From positions 133,796,001 through 133,860,000 of the forward strand of contig OZ296650.1 in the NCBI GenBank assembly GCA_965655095.1: a stretch of DNA of 64,000 nucleotides. The letters are read 5' to 3'. Positions 61,739 through 64,000 of the stretch are shown here, in pieces. Both the position numbers and the translations under genes were made by a program. Source of the DNA: Haplodiscus bocki. Its lineage: Eukaryota. The first letter of the stretch is position 1; every line of letters begins with the position of its first letter. The notes beneath the pieces were generated by a model. It saw only the letters and a program-made list of their open reading frames with translations, searched no databases and had not been told where the DNA came from.

Positions 61739-62402
61739 TTCTTAAAAAATGCAAAAGGATGTGTTTCAAACGAGGAAGTACACGATAAAAAACACAAGTC
61801 AAGATTTGCAGTCTGATTTCTCTCAAACGGAAAAACGCCCAATGAACAAAGAAAAATTTTTGATGAAAGAAAACTTTAGAAAATCCGTTTTTTTATTAAA
61901 GCCTAGCAACTCTTCAGTCCCGTCTATGGTACACTTTGTCTGGAATCAACTGAATCTGCAGTCATTTATCGGGTGTGTCCTCAAAACAGTTTTCCACTCC
62001 AAGTCAAAAATTGGTCGCATACCGAAAACATATAAATTGAAACACAGATAGTACATTAAACTGAATTTCCTCTGAACTATTTCTATTTCCAAAAACAAAA
62101 CAATTTACAACAGATTCCAGTAAAAAAACCTGCATGCCAAAAGGATATAAACAAAATGCCAAAAAAGCGTTCAGCTTCAAATAACATCATCAAATGTAAA
62201 ATCATAGTTCAACTAAATGAATGCAATATTGCCAATTCATTTTTTACATTTAAAAACCATATGGCAGCACAAATAGTGCAATTAAACAATAACACCAAAA
62301 CATGACAGAAATGACCGCATTACAAATATTCACGCGGTGTTAAAACACCGACGGACTTCCTAATCATCAAGTTATCTTCATGGAGCTTGCGGTAATTGAT
62401 GC

Positions 62403-63335
62403 CTATGCCGATTCGTGAAACTCACATCTGTTTCTTTTGACCTGCAAGAAACAGATAATCTTGAAATAGTTCGCAGAGGACTTGCTTGTTTTCACGATGA
62501 ATCGTGAAAACAAGCAAGTGCTGTTATTGAAGCATAAAAAACTCTCCAGTTAACTCTTCCAACTCCGGATTTGGTTACCAAAAACTTTAAACTATTGACA
62601 CTGAGTAAAATGAATATGTTATGCACGAAATTTGTATCTACTCACTTGGTTCGGATGTTAAATGCATCAACCGTGTAATCACTAACGTTCCGGTTTTCTT
62701 TCAAAAATTGTGGCAAAAATATGTTGCTGCTTATCTTCGAAATTGTCAATAAAACAGAAACCAAAAACTAAAACACTAACTTTGTTTCGGAGATTATTGC
62801 GTCTATTGCGGCACCGACGCAAAGTCAAATCCTGCAAACCATTGTTCAACAGTGTTCTGGATAGCATATGATTCTCTAACAAGCTATTCAGGTGCAGATC
62901 GTTACTTTCATCAAGTAAAAGTTTGTACCGTTTTGATAGAATCGATTTCATTTTCAAAAAAATAATTCCTGTTGGACAATTTTCCAAGAGCTCGTTTAAA
63001 TTATGCGCTCCTGATCGTGGTAAGTAGGAAAAAGCCACGACATTGAATTTTCTCAAGTACGCCAGTTTACTGAAAAAAGCCTCAGGACTCATTGCCGGAT
63101 TCTTCTTGCTTGACAAAGAGTTATTGACAGCATCATGCCAAATGATAACCTTTCTTCCATTAGTGTTGCAGGAATTCGATTGAAGAAGATAACAAATGTT
63201 TTTTTCTGGTTGGTAGTTATTTAGCGAAGCACCAGAAATTGCACAAAATTGTGACTTGAAAGGATCAAAGAGGTAAGGTTTCTCCTGAGCTGCCCAATAA
63301 AGGGAAGAGGCCGCCAAAACAAAATATTCAGACAT
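62403..63335 (-). CDS. Divergent SGNH-like hydrolase, copy of the unit D gene (exons 63335-62781, 62441-62403)
   Basis: Exon 1 translation identical to unit D; same donor and acceptor. Confidence 0.62.
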
Positions 63336-64000
63336 AACAACCGGAAACCGAAAGACAATGTATTATGAAAACAAACAAACGAACGAAACATACTTTATAT
63401 TGTTTACTTTGCAATTAGAAAAACCTACTCAAACTCCAGAATCTCCTTTCATTCATGTCATTTGCTTATTAGAACAAAAACGAAGTCAAACAAAAATTCA
63501 CAACGGCCACACAGCTACAGAGTCGTCAATACGGTCAAAAATCAGAAATGTTCTTTGAGGAAAGGAAATTTTATAAAAAATACAATAGCCACATACCCGA
63601 AGAATGAAAATCTCACTCAAACAACTCGATATGCACGAAATAAGAGCCCCTCTTTAATCGCTGCAAAGAAGTACATAGTGGTGAAACACTTCAATTCACA
63701 AAAGTAACGATAATAAAAAAGCTTCTCATAAAACAAATGATAGAGCGTTTAATGACTTGAAAGAAAAAGTGTTCACAGCTTCCGTAACAAGGAATATGGA
63801 ATGGATTTGAAAGGTGCCGCGCTACAAATGAACTCCGCTGCTATCTCTTTATGTTTCCAGGCCAGTTTGTAGAACATGGGTTGCTGGACAACCAACTCAT
63901 ATACGTTCATCTAACAAACAACATTCTAATTGAGAACTTGCGTCGGCGGTTGCTGAGCAACCAGCAAAACAAAACATGAAAGCTAAATTGCCTCCGTCAG

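Larger units (their letters stand above)
59593..64000 (+). mobile_element. Unit E: near-identical tandem copy of unit D (truncated by window edge)
   Basis: Matches 44636-~49006 apart from a handful of substitutions and one 37-bp indel near 62129-62160. Confidence 0.92.

Overview
The whole 64 kb appears to be eukaryotic DNA (GT-AG introns) made of rolling-circle transposon (Helitron-like) units joined head to tail, with no recognisable host DNA between them. Eight units are visible: long units A (<1-12994), B (12995-26359), C (28467-43205), D (44636-59592) and E (59593->64000, a near-identical copy of D), plus three short non-coding units S1-S3 (1.0-1.4 kb). Every completed unit ends in a related subterminal module of 0.3-0.6 kb: a CGTCAT-rich cluster (mostly missing in S3), two GC hairpins and CCAG/CTAG about 11 nt after the last hairpin. 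Six of seven junctions share a 15-bp core, CCACCCAGYGGAGGC. Long units carry a co-oriented gene cassette. (1) A polyprotein of about 2,500-2,750 aa: OTU protease, degenerate USP-like region, Cys/His Zn clusters, HUH (Y2) Rep, Pif1-like SF1B helicase with an unusual EE Walker B, and a C-terminal SLX1-like GIY-YIG nuclease. (2) A spliced SGNH-hydrolase gene (missing in C). (3) A ~330 aa Cys-containing protein that probably has OB folds. The cassette points toward the hairpin end in A and C but away from it in B, D and E. B and D polyproteins start with a hydrophobic leader and a 2A-like (G-x-E-x-NPGP) motif. Almost every start codon sits directly behind a 3' splice acceptor, and a covarying bulged hairpin recurs downstream of all three genes of A. 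Only A has an uninterrupted polyprotein in the visible part. All domain calls come from motifs read by eye, not from database searches.
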